Shown piece after piece: positions 37,221 through 46,497 of a DNA stretch of 64,000 bases; within the stretch, counting starts at the first letter, position 1, and every line of letters begins with the position of its first letter. The position numbers and the translations under genes were made by a program. The stretch is from Chloroflexota bacterium. GTDB taxonomy: Bacteria; Chloroflexota; UBA11872; VXNJ01. Location: NCBI GenBank assembly GCA_965217845.1, contig OZ244573.1:560456-624455 (forward strand), read 5' to 3'. The notes under the pieces were generated by a model. That model did no database searches. It was given only the letters and a program-made list of their open reading frames with translations, and was not told the DNA's origin.

Positions 37221-38135
37221 GTGAAGTTGGAATTCGGACGGTTGATCACCGCAATGATCACGCCATTTGACGACGATGGCGCGGTGGATATCGACACCTT
37301 CGCAGCGCTGGCCGACGGGCTTATCGAGGCCGGCAACGAAACCCTGCTGGTCTCCGGCACGACCGGCGAGTCGCCGGTGCTGACCGAACCCGAGCGCGCC
37401 GACCTGTATCGCGAAGCGGTCCGCGTCGCTGGTGGGCGGGCCAAGATCATGGCCGGCACCGGTGGCTACAACACCGTCGAGAGCATCCACCTCTCGCAGA
37501 TGGCGGCCGAATGCGGCGTGGACGCGCTGCTGCAGGTGGCCCCGTACTACAACAAGCCACCGCAGGAGGGGCTCTACCGGCACTTTGCGGCGATTGCCGC
37601 CTGCACCGACCTGCCCAACATGCTCTACAACGTGCCCTCGCGCACGGTCACTAATATCGCCGCATCCACGGTCGCGCGCTGCTCGGAGATCGACAACATA
37701 TTTGCGATCAAGGAAGCCAGCGGCGACCTGGATCAGATAGCTGAGATCATCCGTACTACCGACTCCGCCTTCCTGGTTTACTCGGGAAATGACGGCGACA
37801 CCCTGCCGATGATGGCGCTGGGTTGCGCGGGTGTGGTCTCGGTCGCCTCGCACCTGGTGTCGGGCCGGATAAAGACCATGATGGAGGCGGTCGTGGAGGG
37901 CGACCTTCCCACCGCCGCCGCGCTGCATATGGAGATGTTGCCGCTGGTCCGGGCGCTGTTCCCGGCCGGTTGGAGCAGCCCCATAGCGCTGAAGTCGGCG
38001 CTCAACTCGGTCGGTTTCGGAGTCGGCCGGCCGCGACTGCCGCTGGTCGATCACGAACCCGGCTTGGCCGCCGAATTGGCCGGGATTGCGCGCACCCAGC
38101 GCCTTGACCAGTACCTGTTCGCGCGGGTGAGCTGA
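37221..38135 (+). CDS. dapA: 4-hydroxy-tetrahydrodipicolinate synthase
   Basis: GTTGESPVL, APYYNKP and FAIKEASGD motifs. GTG at 37221 after GAGGGG is favoured over the ORF-track start at 37200. Confidence 0.9.
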   Translation: MKLEFGRLITAMITPFDDDGAVDIDTFAALADGLIEAGNETLLVSGTTGESPVLTEPERADLYREAVRVAGGRAKIMAGTGGYNTVESIHLSQMAAECGVDALLQVAPYYNKPPQEGLYRHFAAIAACTDLPNMLYNVPSRTVTNIAASTVARCSEIDNIFAIKEASGDLDQIAEIIRTTDSAFLVYSGNDGDTLPMMALGCAGVVSVASHLVSGRIKTMMEAVVEGDLPTAAALHMEMLPLVRALFPAGWSSPIALKSALNSVGFGVGRPRLPLVDHEPGLAAELAGIARTQRLDQYLFARVS

Positions 38136-38136
38136 C

Positions 38137-38784
38137 CTGGACGAATCCGGTCCCGCGGCGACCGTAGAAAGCCTCGCCGCGGCCATTGTCGAATGCACCG
38201 CCTGCGAGTTGGCGCAATCGCGCCGCAATGCCGTCCCCGGCGAGGGCAATCGCGCCGCCGACATCATGTTCATCGGCGAGGGGCCGGGTCAGCGCGAAGA
38301 CGAATCGGGACGACCTTTCGTGGGGCCGGCCGGCCGGTTCTTGAGCGAATTGCTTCTTGAAATCGGCCTGCAACGCGAGGACGTGTTCATAACCAACGTG
38401 GTCAAGTGCCGCCCGCCCGGCAACCGCGACCCAATGCCGCAGGAAGTGAGCGCTTGCTCGGGCTGGCTCAAGGCCCAAATTGCCGCGATCGCGCCGCGGG
38501 TCTTGGTCCTGTTGGGGCGCCACGCCCTGCAGCGTTTCCTGCCCGGTGCCCGAATTTCGGCCGAGCACGGCCAGATCCGGCGCTTCGGTTCCATCAGCGT
38601 GATGCCGATGTACCACCCGGCCGCCGCGCTGCACAATCCGGGCTTACGCAGTGCCTGCGTCGCCGACTTTCGGCGACTGCAGCAGTTTCTTGAGAAGCCT
38701 CCCGATGCGGCGCCGCCTCCCGATGAGGCGCCGCCCCCCGAATCGGCCACAGCGCCCCCGCCGGTGCAACGTTCGCTGTTCTGA
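38137..38784 (+). CDS. uracil-DNA glycosylase, family 4
   Basis: GEGPGQREDESGRPFVGPAG and HPAAAL motifs. The conserved N-terminal CxxC (ECTACEL) lies upstream of the only canonical start (TTG 38209), so the start is placed provisionally at CTG 38137. Confidence 0.75.
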   Translation: MDESGPAATVESLAAAIVECTACELAQSRRNAVPGEGNRAADIMFIGEGPGQREDESGRPFVGPAGRFLSELLLEIGLQREDVFITNVVKCRPPGNRDPMPQEVSACSGWLKAQIAAIAPRVLVLLGRHALQRFLPGARISAEHGQIRRFGSISVMPMYHPAAALHNPGLRSACVADFRRLQQFLEKPPDAAPPPDEAPPPESATAPPPVQRSLF

Positions 38785-38859
38785 TTGACCGGCACACAAC
38801 TGTCGCCGCGCCCAGCGCGGCGCAACCACCAATAGCCTTATCCCCAAGGGATTGATCTT

Positions 38860-40524
38860 TTGAATACGAACTCGCACCAAGTGCGTGCGACTTTTTTGGG
38901 CGGCCTCGGCGACGTGGGCCGCAACTGTCTGCTGCTGGAATGCCAGGGCGATGCGATCCTGATCGACTGCGGCGTGCTATTTCCGGACGATCGCGCTCCC
39001 GGGGTGGACCTGATCCTGCCCGATCTGGACCTGCTCGACGAGGTCGGCGCGAACCTTCGCGCGGCCTTCTTCACGCATGGCCACGAAGACCACATCGGGG
39101 CCGCACCCTACCTGCTGCGTCGACACCAGATTCCGCTTTATGGCTCACCGCTGACCCTGGCGCTGATGAATGCGCGCCTGGAGGAAGCCGGTCTGGCCGA
39201 TGGTGCCGACCTGCGCCGGTTGCGTGTTCACGGAACCGCCCGGGCGGGCTGCTTTGCGGTCACCCCTTTCCACGTCTGCCATTCGATCCCGGACGCGCTC
39301 GGGTTCGCCATCCACACCCCTGCGGGTACGCTGGTGCACACCGGCGACTACATGCTCGACAACCGACCGCTCGACGGCAACCTGACCGACTTGCAGATGC
39401 TCGGCGACCTGGGGGCGAAAGGTGTGCTGGCGCTTTTTGCAGACTCGACCAATGCCGACGTGCCCGGCCATACGGCCTCGCAGCAGTCCATTTATGATGG
39501 TCTGGCCAAGGTCTTCGCGCAGGCCGAATACGGCCGCGTTATCGTTGCTAGTTTCTCCTCCAATCTGGCCCGGGTTCAACAAATCGCCGATCTGGCGCAC
39601 CAGTACGGACGGCGCGTCTGCCTGCTAGGCCGTTCGCTTGAACGCAATCTGCCGCTGGCGGCCGATCTGGCCCTGCTCGACATAGACGCCGCCGACCTGC
39701 TGCCGACCAAGCTGATCGACCAGGTTCCGCACGAAGAGCTGGCGGTCGTCTGCACCGGTAGCCAGGCCGAACCGGGCTCGGCGCTGGCGCGCCTGGCCGA
39801 GGGCCGGCACCCGCTGCTGGAAATCGACGAGGGCGATACGGTCGTGATTTCGGCCTCGACCGTGCCGGGCAATGAGCGCTCTGTCCAGCGCATGGTCGGA
39901 GAGTTGTTCCGGCGCGGCGCGAACGTGATCTTTGGCCAGCTGGGCCAGGTTCACGTCAGCGGTCACGCGGCCCGCGAGGACACCCGCACGCTGCTCTCGG
40001 TCGTGCGCCCGCAGTACTTTATCCCGGTCCACGGCGGCCACCATCACCTCGCTCTGCAGGCCCAGGTCGCGATCGAGGCCGGACTGCCGGAGGATGCGGT
40101 CATGGTTGCCGGTGACGGGGCGGTGCTGGAGATTGGCTCCGAGCGGATCGCCCAGGTCGCGCAGCGCCGGGCCCGTTACATCCACGTGCACCGCGCCGCA
40201 AGAGGGGTATCGGTCGGCGAAGCGGCGCTGCGACAGCGCCGCCAGCTGGCCCGCACCGGGATGGTGGTGGTCTCGGCCCGCATGGACCTGCGCCGCGGCC
40301 GGCTGGTGGGTCGGCCGCAAGTGCGCGGGGCGGGGTTGTTTGACGATGCCGACCGCGTGCTTGACCGCATCGCCGGCGGTCTGGGCGACCGGCTGGCCAA
40401 CGACCCGACGCCATTGGCCGATGTCGATGCCGCCGAAGGAAAAGTTAAAATGCTCCTCGGGAGGCAGCTAAAGGCCGAGACTGGCCTGCGGCCACGGATC
40501 ATTGCGATCGTGACCGCGGCCTGA
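38860..40524 (+). CDS. rnj: ribonuclease J
   Basis: FLGGLGDVGRNC N-terminus, metallo-beta-lactamase motif HGHEDHIGA and beta-CASP layout. 554 aa. Confidence 0.9.
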   Translation: MNTNSHQVRATFLGGLGDVGRNCLLLECQGDAILIDCGVLFPDDRAPGVDLILPDLDLLDEVGANLRAAFFTHGHEDHIGAAPYLLRRHQIPLYGSPLTLALMNARLEEAGLADGADLRRLRVHGTARAGCFAVTPFHVCHSIPDALGFAIHTPAGTLVHTGDYMLDNRPLDGNLTDLQMLGDLGAKGVLALFADSTNADVPGHTASQQSIYDGLAKVFAQAEYGRVIVASFSSNLARVQQIADLAHQYGRRVCLLGRSLERNLPLAADLALLDIDAADLLPTKLIDQVPHEELAVVCTGSQAEPGSALARLAEGRHPLLEIDEGDTVVISASTVPGNERSVQRMVGELFRRGANVIFGQLGQVHVSGHAAREDTRTLLSVVRPQYFIPVHGGHHHLALQAQVAIEAGLPEDAVMVAGDGAVLEIGSERIAQVAQRRARYIHVHRAARGVSVGEAALRQRRQLARTGMVVVSARMDLRRGRLVGRPQVRGAGLFDDADRVLDRIAGGLGDRLANDPTPLADVDAAEGKVKMLLGRQLKAETGLRPRIIAIVTAA

Positions 40525-40558
40525 CGGTATTTGACCGCCCCAACCGGAGAACGAAGCT

Positions 40559-42745
40559 TTGGCCAAAGCCAAGCTGGCTGCCCGCCGCCCAACCCCCGAC
40601 CGCGCCGGTACCTGGTTAGCGATTGCCTCCGCCGCATCGTCGGTACTGATAATCGCCGCCCTGGCGCTCCCGATCCTGCCCGACCACCCGGTAGCCCGAT
40701 TCCCGGCTGACGTATTTGTACTGACCCTGGGGCGGGCGGCGGTGCCGGCGATGCTGCTGCTGCTGATCCTGAGCGTGGCCGGATCGATTGCGGTCGTGCT
40801 GCAGCGTCACGTCGCCGGAGTGCTGCAGGTGAGCCTGACCCTGGCCCTGATAGTCGCCCTGGCGGCATTTGAATCGGTCTCCGATTTGGCCGACGACGGC
40901 AGTGGAGCCGGCGGATTGGTCGGGGACTGGTTTGGACTGCGCCTCACGGGGGTGCTGCCAACCGCGCTGGCTGCGCCGCTGCTGGCGGTACTGGCGCTGG
41001 GACTGGCCGGTGGGGCGCTGCTGGCCACGCCGTGGGCGCGTTCGCAACTGGGTCGCCTGGGAGCACTGACGCTCGCCGCCGGAAGGTCCGCCGGACGGCA
41101 CAGCCAAACGATGGCCGACTGGCTCAATGATCGCTTTGGCGTCGAACTGGCAAGCGAGGACTTCGACCCGGCCGAGGCCGAACCAATCGAGGCCGCGCCG
41201 CCACCGGCGGTCGCCGATGAAGGACCGCCGGAGCTGGTCATCAAGCAGCCCGCCAGCAACGATCTGGCCGCGGCGGCAGCGACGCTGGAAATCGACGTTG
41301 AACAACCCGGTTGGGTCTGCCCCGCCCCGGAATTACTTGAAGCCCCCATGCGGCGCGAGCGGGTCTCGCATAAGGAGATCACCGAGAACGCCGCCATCAT
41401 CGAAAGGACCCTGGCCAATTTCAAGGTCGATGTGCGGGTCGTGGAGGCAATCCCCGGACCGGTCGTGACCCAGTACTGCATTGCGCCCGCGGCCGGCGTC
41501 CGCGTGACCCATATCAACCGCCACGCCGACGATCTGGCGCTGGCGTTGTCGGCGCGCAGCGTGCGCACCGAATCGCCGATTCCAGGGCGCCCCTTCGTGG
41601 GCCTGGAAATACCCAATCGCGACCCCAGCGTGGTCACGGTGCGCGAACTGCTCGAATCGCCCAATTTCCGCGACAACCCCGAACCGCTCAAGATCGCGCT
41701 GGGCAAGGATGTTGCCGATCACGCCCAGGTGCGTTCGCTGGCGCGGATGCCGCACCTCCTGATCGCCGGTTCGACCGGTTCGGGCAAATCGGTATTCATC
41801 AATTCGCTGCTGGTCTCGCTGCTCTGCCAGTACACGCCGGACGAGCTGCGGATGGTTTTGATTGACCCCAAGATGGTCGAACTTGTCCCCTTCAACGCCG
41901 TTCCGCATCTGCTGATGCCGGTCGTCTCCACCCCGGCGGAAGCGGTCCCGGTGCTGGCCTGGGTGCAACAGGAAATGACGCGCCGCTACCGGCTGCTGCG
42001 CGACTTCGGTAGGCGCAACATCGCCGCTTACAACTCCCTTCCGAACCGCCCTGAATCTGAGCGCGTCCCCTATCTGGTGGTCGTGGTCGACGAGATGGCC
42101 GACCTGATGATGACCGCCCCGGCCGAGATCGAGCACTCAATCTGCCGCCTGGCACAACTGGCGCGGGCGGTCGGGATCCACCTGGTAATCGCCACACAGC
42201 GCCCGTCGGTTGATGTAATCACCGGCCTGATCAAGGCCAACTTCCCCTCGCGGGTGGCTTTCGCCGTCTCCAGCCAAGTCGATTCGCGCACCATCCTGGA
42301 CCAGTCCGGGGCCGAAAAGCTGATGGGCCGCGGCGACATGCTCTTCAATTCGGTCGAACATGGCAAGAGCGTGCGCGTGCAAGGCGCATTTGCCTCCGAC
42401 GACGACATCTCCGCGATCATCGACTTCTGGGCCCGCCAGGGTCACAGCGAGTTCGTGCCCGAGGAGGAAATCGCCAAGGCCACCCTGGTGGGCGCCCCGA
42501 TCGACAATGCCAGCCTCTACCATGAGGCGGTCAACGTGGTCGCCCAGTTCAACTACGCTTCGCCGGCACTTCTGCAGCGCGAGCTGAATCTGGGCGCCGG
42601 CAAAGCCGCCGACTTGATCGACAAGCTCGCCGCCAACGGGATAATCGGGCCACGCGAAGGCGACAGCGCCTCGCGCCCGGTGCTGGCGGAGAGAAACTCG
42701 ACCGCGGCCGCCGGCCAACCCGCAGACCAACCCGCTAATGCTTGA
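40559..42745 (+). CDS. ftsK: DNA translocase FtsK
   Basis: N-terminal TM helices, a Pro/Ala linker, Walker A GSTGSGKS, Walker B VVVDEMADLMM and a C-terminal gamma wHTH (ASPALLQRELNLGAGKAADLIDKL). Confidence 0.9.
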   Translation: MAKAKLAARRPTPDRAGTWLAIASAASSVLIIAALALPILPDHPVARFPADVFVLTLGRAAVPAMLLLLILSVAGSIAVVLQRHVAGVLQVSLTLALIVALAAFESVSDLADDGSGAGGLVGDWFGLRLTGVLPTALAAPLLAVLALGLAGGALLATPWARSQLGRLGALTLAAGRSAGRHSQTMADWLNDRFGVELASEDFDPAEAEPIEAAPPPAVADEGPPELVIKQPASNDLAAAAATLEIDVEQPGWVCPAPELLEAPMRRERVSHKEITENAAIIERTLANFKVDVRVVEAIPGPVVTQYCIAPAAGVRVTHINRHADDLALALSARSVRTESPIPGRPFVGLEIPNRDPSVVTVRELLESPNFRDNPEPLKIALGKDVADHAQVRSLARMPHLLIAGSTGSGKSVFINSLLVSLLCQYTPDELRMVLIDPKMVELVPFNAVPHLLMPVVSTPAEAVPVLAWVQQEMTRRYRLLRDFGRRNIAAYNSLPNRPESERVPYLVVVVDEMADLMMTAPAEIEHSICRLAQLARAVGIHLVIATQRPSVDVITGLIKANFPSRVAFAVSSQVDSRTILDQSGAEKLMGRGDMLFNSVEHGKSVRVQGAFASDDDISAIIDFWARQGHSEFVPEEEIAKATLVGAPIDNASLYHEAVNVVAQFNYASPALLQRELNLGAGKAADLIDKLAANGIIGPREGDSASRPVLAERNSTAAAGQPADQPANA

Positions 42746-43889
42746 CATCCAGGACCTGCGCCAGGATTTCCCGGCGCTGGCCGATATGACTTTCCTAAAC
42801 AACGGCGCAGTCGGAATTACGCCCGCACCGGTGGTGGAGAAGATGCTGGCGGCGCTACGGTTCTCGGAGCAATCGGGCCAGGACGCCTACGCCCACTTTG
42901 CCGACGAACGCGACCGCGCCCGCAATGCCGCCGCCAAGCTGATCGGCGCCGATCCCGCCGAGGTGGCCTTTGCGAACAACGCCACCGAGGCGGTGAACTG
43001 GATCCTGGCATCGTTTGACTTCCAGCCGGGCGAGGAGATCCTGATCTCCGATTACGAGCACCCGGCGCTGATCTACCCGGCCAGTTGGCAGCGCGAGTCA
43101 GGCCGGGTGGGAGTGGCGCACTTTGCGGTCGATCCCGATCCGCAGGCGACCCTGGTGGCGGTGGAAGAAGCGATCGGGCCGCAAACCCGGATGGTGGCCA
43201 TCTCGCACGTAGAGCGCCACAATGGGGTCCGGCTGCCGGTCGCCGAGATCTGCCAGCTGGCCGCGCGCCGCGGCGTGCTTTCGCTGGTGGACGGAGCCCA
43301 GTCACTGGGCATGTTCCCGGTAGATGTGGCGGTGCTGGCGGCCGACTTCTACATCGGCAATCTGCACAAATGGCTGTGCGGACCCAACGGGACCGGGCTG
43401 CTATACGTACGCCGCGACCGGTTGCGGCTGCTGCGCCAGGCGCATGTGGGCCCCTCCGGCCGGCACGGCGAGACGACCTGGGATTTGGCCGGGGGCCTGA
43501 ACTTGCCGGAAGCAGCCTATCGGTTCGAATACGGAACCACTACGCCGGCGCGCTATACCGGAACGGCGGAGGCCCTTTCCTACCTGGAGCAGTTGGGCCC
43601 GGACAAGATCGAGGCTCGCCTGCGCGGGCTCAAGGTCATCGCCCAGGACGCGATTGCCGCCCGTGGCTGGGCCCTGCTGTCGCCGCCCAGCTGGGATGAC
43701 TCCTCGGCGTTGATTGCGTTCGACCCCCCTAACGGGGTGGGCGGGCGCGAGACCTGCCAGCGCCTGGCCGAAAACAAGATCTATCTTTCACCGACCCAGG
43801 ACGACGGCATTCGTCTTTCGCCGCACATCTACAACACCGCCGATGAGATCGAACGTGCCCTGGATGCGGTGGCCGGCGCGAATGGGTAG
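42738..43889 (+). CDS. aminotransferase class V (cysteine desulfurase / isopenicillin-N epimerase-like)
   Basis: 383 aa with the PLP-lysine region GNLHKWLCGPNGTG. Overlaps the ftsK end by 8 nt. Confidence 0.75.
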   Translation: MLDIQDLRQDFPALADMTFLNNGAVGITPAPVVEKMLAALRFSEQSGQDAYAHFADERDRARNAAAKLIGADPAEVAFANNATEAVNWILASFDFQPGEEILISDYEHPALIYPASWQRESGRVGVAHFAVDPDPQATLVAVEEAIGPQTRMVAISHVERHNGVRLPVAEICQLAARRGVLSLVDGAQSLGMFPVDVAVLAADFYIGNLHKWLCGPNGTGLLYVRRDRLRLLRQAHVGPSGRHGETTWDLAGGLNLPEAAYRFEYGTTTPARYTGTAEALSYLEQLGPDKIEARLRGLKVIAQDAIAARGWALLSPPSWDDSSALIAFDPPNGVGGRETCQRLAENKIYLSPTQDDGIRLSPHIYNTADEIERALDAVAGANG

Positions 43890-43901
43890 CAACGACCAGC
43901 G

Positions 43902-44309
43902 ATGCGCACCGGCAAATCGGCCTCAGCCACGATCACCGAGCTGGCGCTAGCGCTCATAATCATCGCCATCCTGCTGGTGGGTCTCTGGTTTCTGCTGCTG
44001 CGCGATCGCGATCCGGGACCGCCCAACCAGACCCTGCAGGAGAGCGTCGGCCTGGTGCCGCCCAGCACCGACACGGCCGAGAAGGCGATTCAAGAATTGG
44101 AGTTGGACTTGTCGCCAACGGCGGTGGCAACGCCTCCGCCGACGGCCACGCCGGAACCGCTGCAGCGCTTTCACACCGTGGTTTCGGGGGAGACCCTGAT
44201 CGGGATCGCCGATGCCTATGACGTGGCCTGGGGCGACTTGGCCGAGCTCAACGGGATCGATGATCCGCGCTCGCTGCAAGTCGGTCAAGAACTGCAGATA
44301 CCCAATTAG
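43902..44309 (+). CDS. membrane-anchored LysM domain protein
   Basis: N-terminal TM (LALALIIIAILLVGLWFLLL) and a C-terminal LysM (HTVVSGETLIGIADAY...LQVGQELQIP). Confidence 0.75.
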   Translation: MRTGKSASATITELALALIIIAILLVGLWFLLLRDRDPGPPNQTLQESVGLVPPSTDTAEKAIQELELDLSPTAVATPPPTATPEPLQRFHTVVSGETLIGIADAYDVAWGDLAELNGIDDPRSLQVGQELQIPN

Positions 44310-44330
44310 GGCCGGCGCCCGCAGAGGCGG

Positions 44331-45515
44331 GTGCGGGGTCCGGCGAGGGGACGGCCGGGCGTGAACGCGAGCAGACTTCAGGTGGCCGCGTTCCTGGTCT
44401 CGGCGGTCGGGATGTGGGGGAGCCTCTACCTCTACGTCCCGGCGTTCGCAGTCTTTGCCGAGGGGCAGGGCGCATCGCTGGCGATGGTGGGTCTGATCTG
44501 GTCCGCCTACGGGGTGGTGCAGGGCATATTGCGAATCCCGACCGGATATTTCTCCGACCGGCTCGGGCGGCGTATGCCGTTCATCGCCATTGGTGTCGGC
44601 ATGACCGCGCTGGGATCGTTGCTGATGGCCCTGGCACCGGTGCCGGCGGTGCTGATGCTGGGCCGCGGCCTGCACGGGTTCGGCGCGGCCGCGTTCGTGG
44701 TGCAGGCGGTCTATTTCGCGAGCTTTTTCGCGCCGGAACGGATCACCCGCGCGCTGCTGGGCATCAACGCCCTGATAGCACTGACGCAGCTGGCGGTATC
44801 GCTGCTGGGGGGCCAGATGGCCTTGCACTGGGGCCAGGCTTCCACCTTCTGGGGATCGGCCGGGTTGGGGGTGGTGTCGGTGGCGGCGATTCTGGTCGCC
44901 GGGGAGCAGCAGGTGGCCCGGCAGTCTGATTTCGACTGGTCTCGATTACGGGCGCTGCTGGCCGATCCCATTCTGCTGCTGCTGTCGTTTACGGCCGCAT
45001 TGCTGGTGCTGGGCGAGTTCGGGATCACCCAGACTTCAATGCTGCTGCTGGCTGATCGCCTTGGCGCCGATTCGGCTTTTCTGGGCCTGCTGACGGCAAT
45101 TAACTACCTGGCGGTTGGATCGGCCGGGTTGCTGCTGGCGCTCTTGGGCAGCTACCCTGAGCGGGCGGTGGTGATCGGGGGGCTGGTTATCACCGGGGTA
45201 GCCCTGGTGTTGATGCCGCTTGCCGGTGGCCTAATGGGTCTGGCGGTGTTGGCGTTCGTCAAGGGATCGGCACGCGGGGCGATGATGCCTTCACTGATGG
45301 GGTTGGCGCTGAAGGCGGTCGTGCCGGACGCGCGCGCCAGCGCGATGGGGGTATTTCAGGCCACCTATGCCATCGGCATGTTCGTCGGGCCGGTCACAAC
45401 CGGGGTAATCAGCGAACTGGCCGGCCTGGAAGCCTCGTTCTACGGGATCGGGGCCATCACCGCGCTGGCGGCGGTGCTCATTTACGGCCTATTTCCGCGC
45501 CTGCAGAGCGATTGA
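44331..45515 (+). CDS. MFS transporter
   Basis: About 12 TM helices and motif A GYFSDRLGRRMPF. Alternative GTG start at 44361. Confidence 0.75.
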   Translation: MRGPARGRPGVNASRLQVAAFLVSAVGMWGSLYLYVPAFAVFAEGQGASLAMVGLIWSAYGVVQGILRIPTGYFSDRLGRRMPFIAIGVGMTALGSLLMALAPVPAVLMLGRGLHGFGAAAFVVQAVYFASFFAPERITRALLGINALIALTQLAVSLLGGQMALHWGQASTFWGSAGLGVVSVAAILVAGEQQVARQSDFDWSRLRALLADPILLLLSFTAALLVLGEFGITQTSMLLLADRLGADSAFLGLLTAINYLAVGSAGLLLALLGSYPERAVVIGGLVITGVALVLMPLAGGLMGLAVLAFVKGSARGAMMPSLMGLALKAVVPDARASAMGVFQATYAIGMFVGPVTTGVISELAGLEASFYGIGAITALAAVLIYGLFPRLQSD

Positions 45516-45623
45516 TTGCGGCGTCCGCAAGGCCGGGAATTTAAACTGGTTTTTCGATCAGCAGGGTCGCGCACGGGCGGCCTAAAAGCGGGTGCCAACC
45601 CACCCTGATAGGCGCGACACAGC

Positions 45624-46076
45624 TTGAAGAAACGCAGATACGCCGAGATTGAGCGTGGGCCGCTGGGGGCGGCGGTCTTTCAGACGCGCAAGCAGCGGCG
45701 CCTCACGCAAGGCGAGTTGGCCAACCGTCTGGGCCGCAACCGCCCATGGGTTTCCAACGTCGAAACCGGCAAGGTCAAGAACCTTCAGGAAGAAGACCTG
45801 GTCGGACTGGCGGCAGTCTTAAAGATCAGCATCTCATCGCTGCGCGCGGCCCACGAAATGTCGACCGCTACCCCGGTCATGGGGCTGCCCGGCTACACCG
45901 TACTGCAGTCGAACCGACACTGCGGCGCGTGCCACCATCTGGTGGAGCCGGACGCCAATTACTGCACCCACTGCGGCTCCGCCCAGCCGCTGCTGGTCAA
46001 CTGCCCGGCCTGTGCCAAGGCGAACAATCCCGCGGCCCGCTATTGCGGGCGCTGCGGCGCGCAGCTAAGCGGCTAG
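45624..46076 (+). CDS. XRE-family HTH protein fused to a double zinc ribbon
   Basis: LTQGELANRLGRNRPWVSNVETGK HTH, followed by CGAC-x13-CTHCG and CPAC-x12-CGRCG. Confidence 0.65.
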   Translation: MKKRRYAEIERGPLGAAVFQTRKQRRLTQGELANRLGRNRPWVSNVETGKVKNLQEEDLVGLAAVLKISISSLRAAHEMSTATPVMGLPGYTVLQSNRHCGACHHLVEPDANYCTHCGSAQPLLVNCPACAKANNPAARYCGRCGAQLSG

Positions 46077-46123
46077 GCCGGCGGCTTAACCCGAAGGGGA
46101 CGTCGTCCCCGGGAGCTGGCCTT

Positions 46124-46447
46124 CTAGGCGACCTGGTCCAGGCTCGACTTGATGCGTGACTCTGGAACGTAGCCAACGATCCGGTCGACTTCGGCTCCAC
46201 CTTTAACAAACAGCAGGGTGGGAATCCCGCGGACCCCGAACCGGGTCGCGTATTCCTTGTTCGCGTCGGTATCGACCTTGACGAACTTGACCTTGCCGGC
46301 GTATTCGTCGGAGAGTTTTTCAAAAACCGGCGCCATCATCTTGCAAGGTCCACACCACTCGGCCCAGAAATCGACCACCACCGGCTGCTCGGAATCGAGC
46401 ACCTCGGTCTGGAACGCGGTGTCTTCTACGTGTGAATAGGCAGCCAT
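46124..46447 (-). CDS. trxA: thioredoxin
   Basis: 107 aa with the WAEWCGPCK active site. Confidence 0.95.
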   Translation of the reverse strand: MAAYSHVEDTAFQTEVLDSEQPVVVDFWAEWCGPCKMMAPVFEKLSDEYAGKVKFVKVDTDANKEYATRFGVRGIPTLLFVKGGAEVDRIVGYVPESRIKSSLDQVA

Positions 46448-46497
46448 AGCGGGATTCGCCCTTGTGAGATTGAAGGTTTGGTCCGGGTCAGAGGATG

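Noticed and set aside
37059-38273. 404-aa minus-strand ORF
   Set aside because: It is antisense to dapA and to the asd and udg ends. It has an Arg/Gly-rich composition and no motifs.
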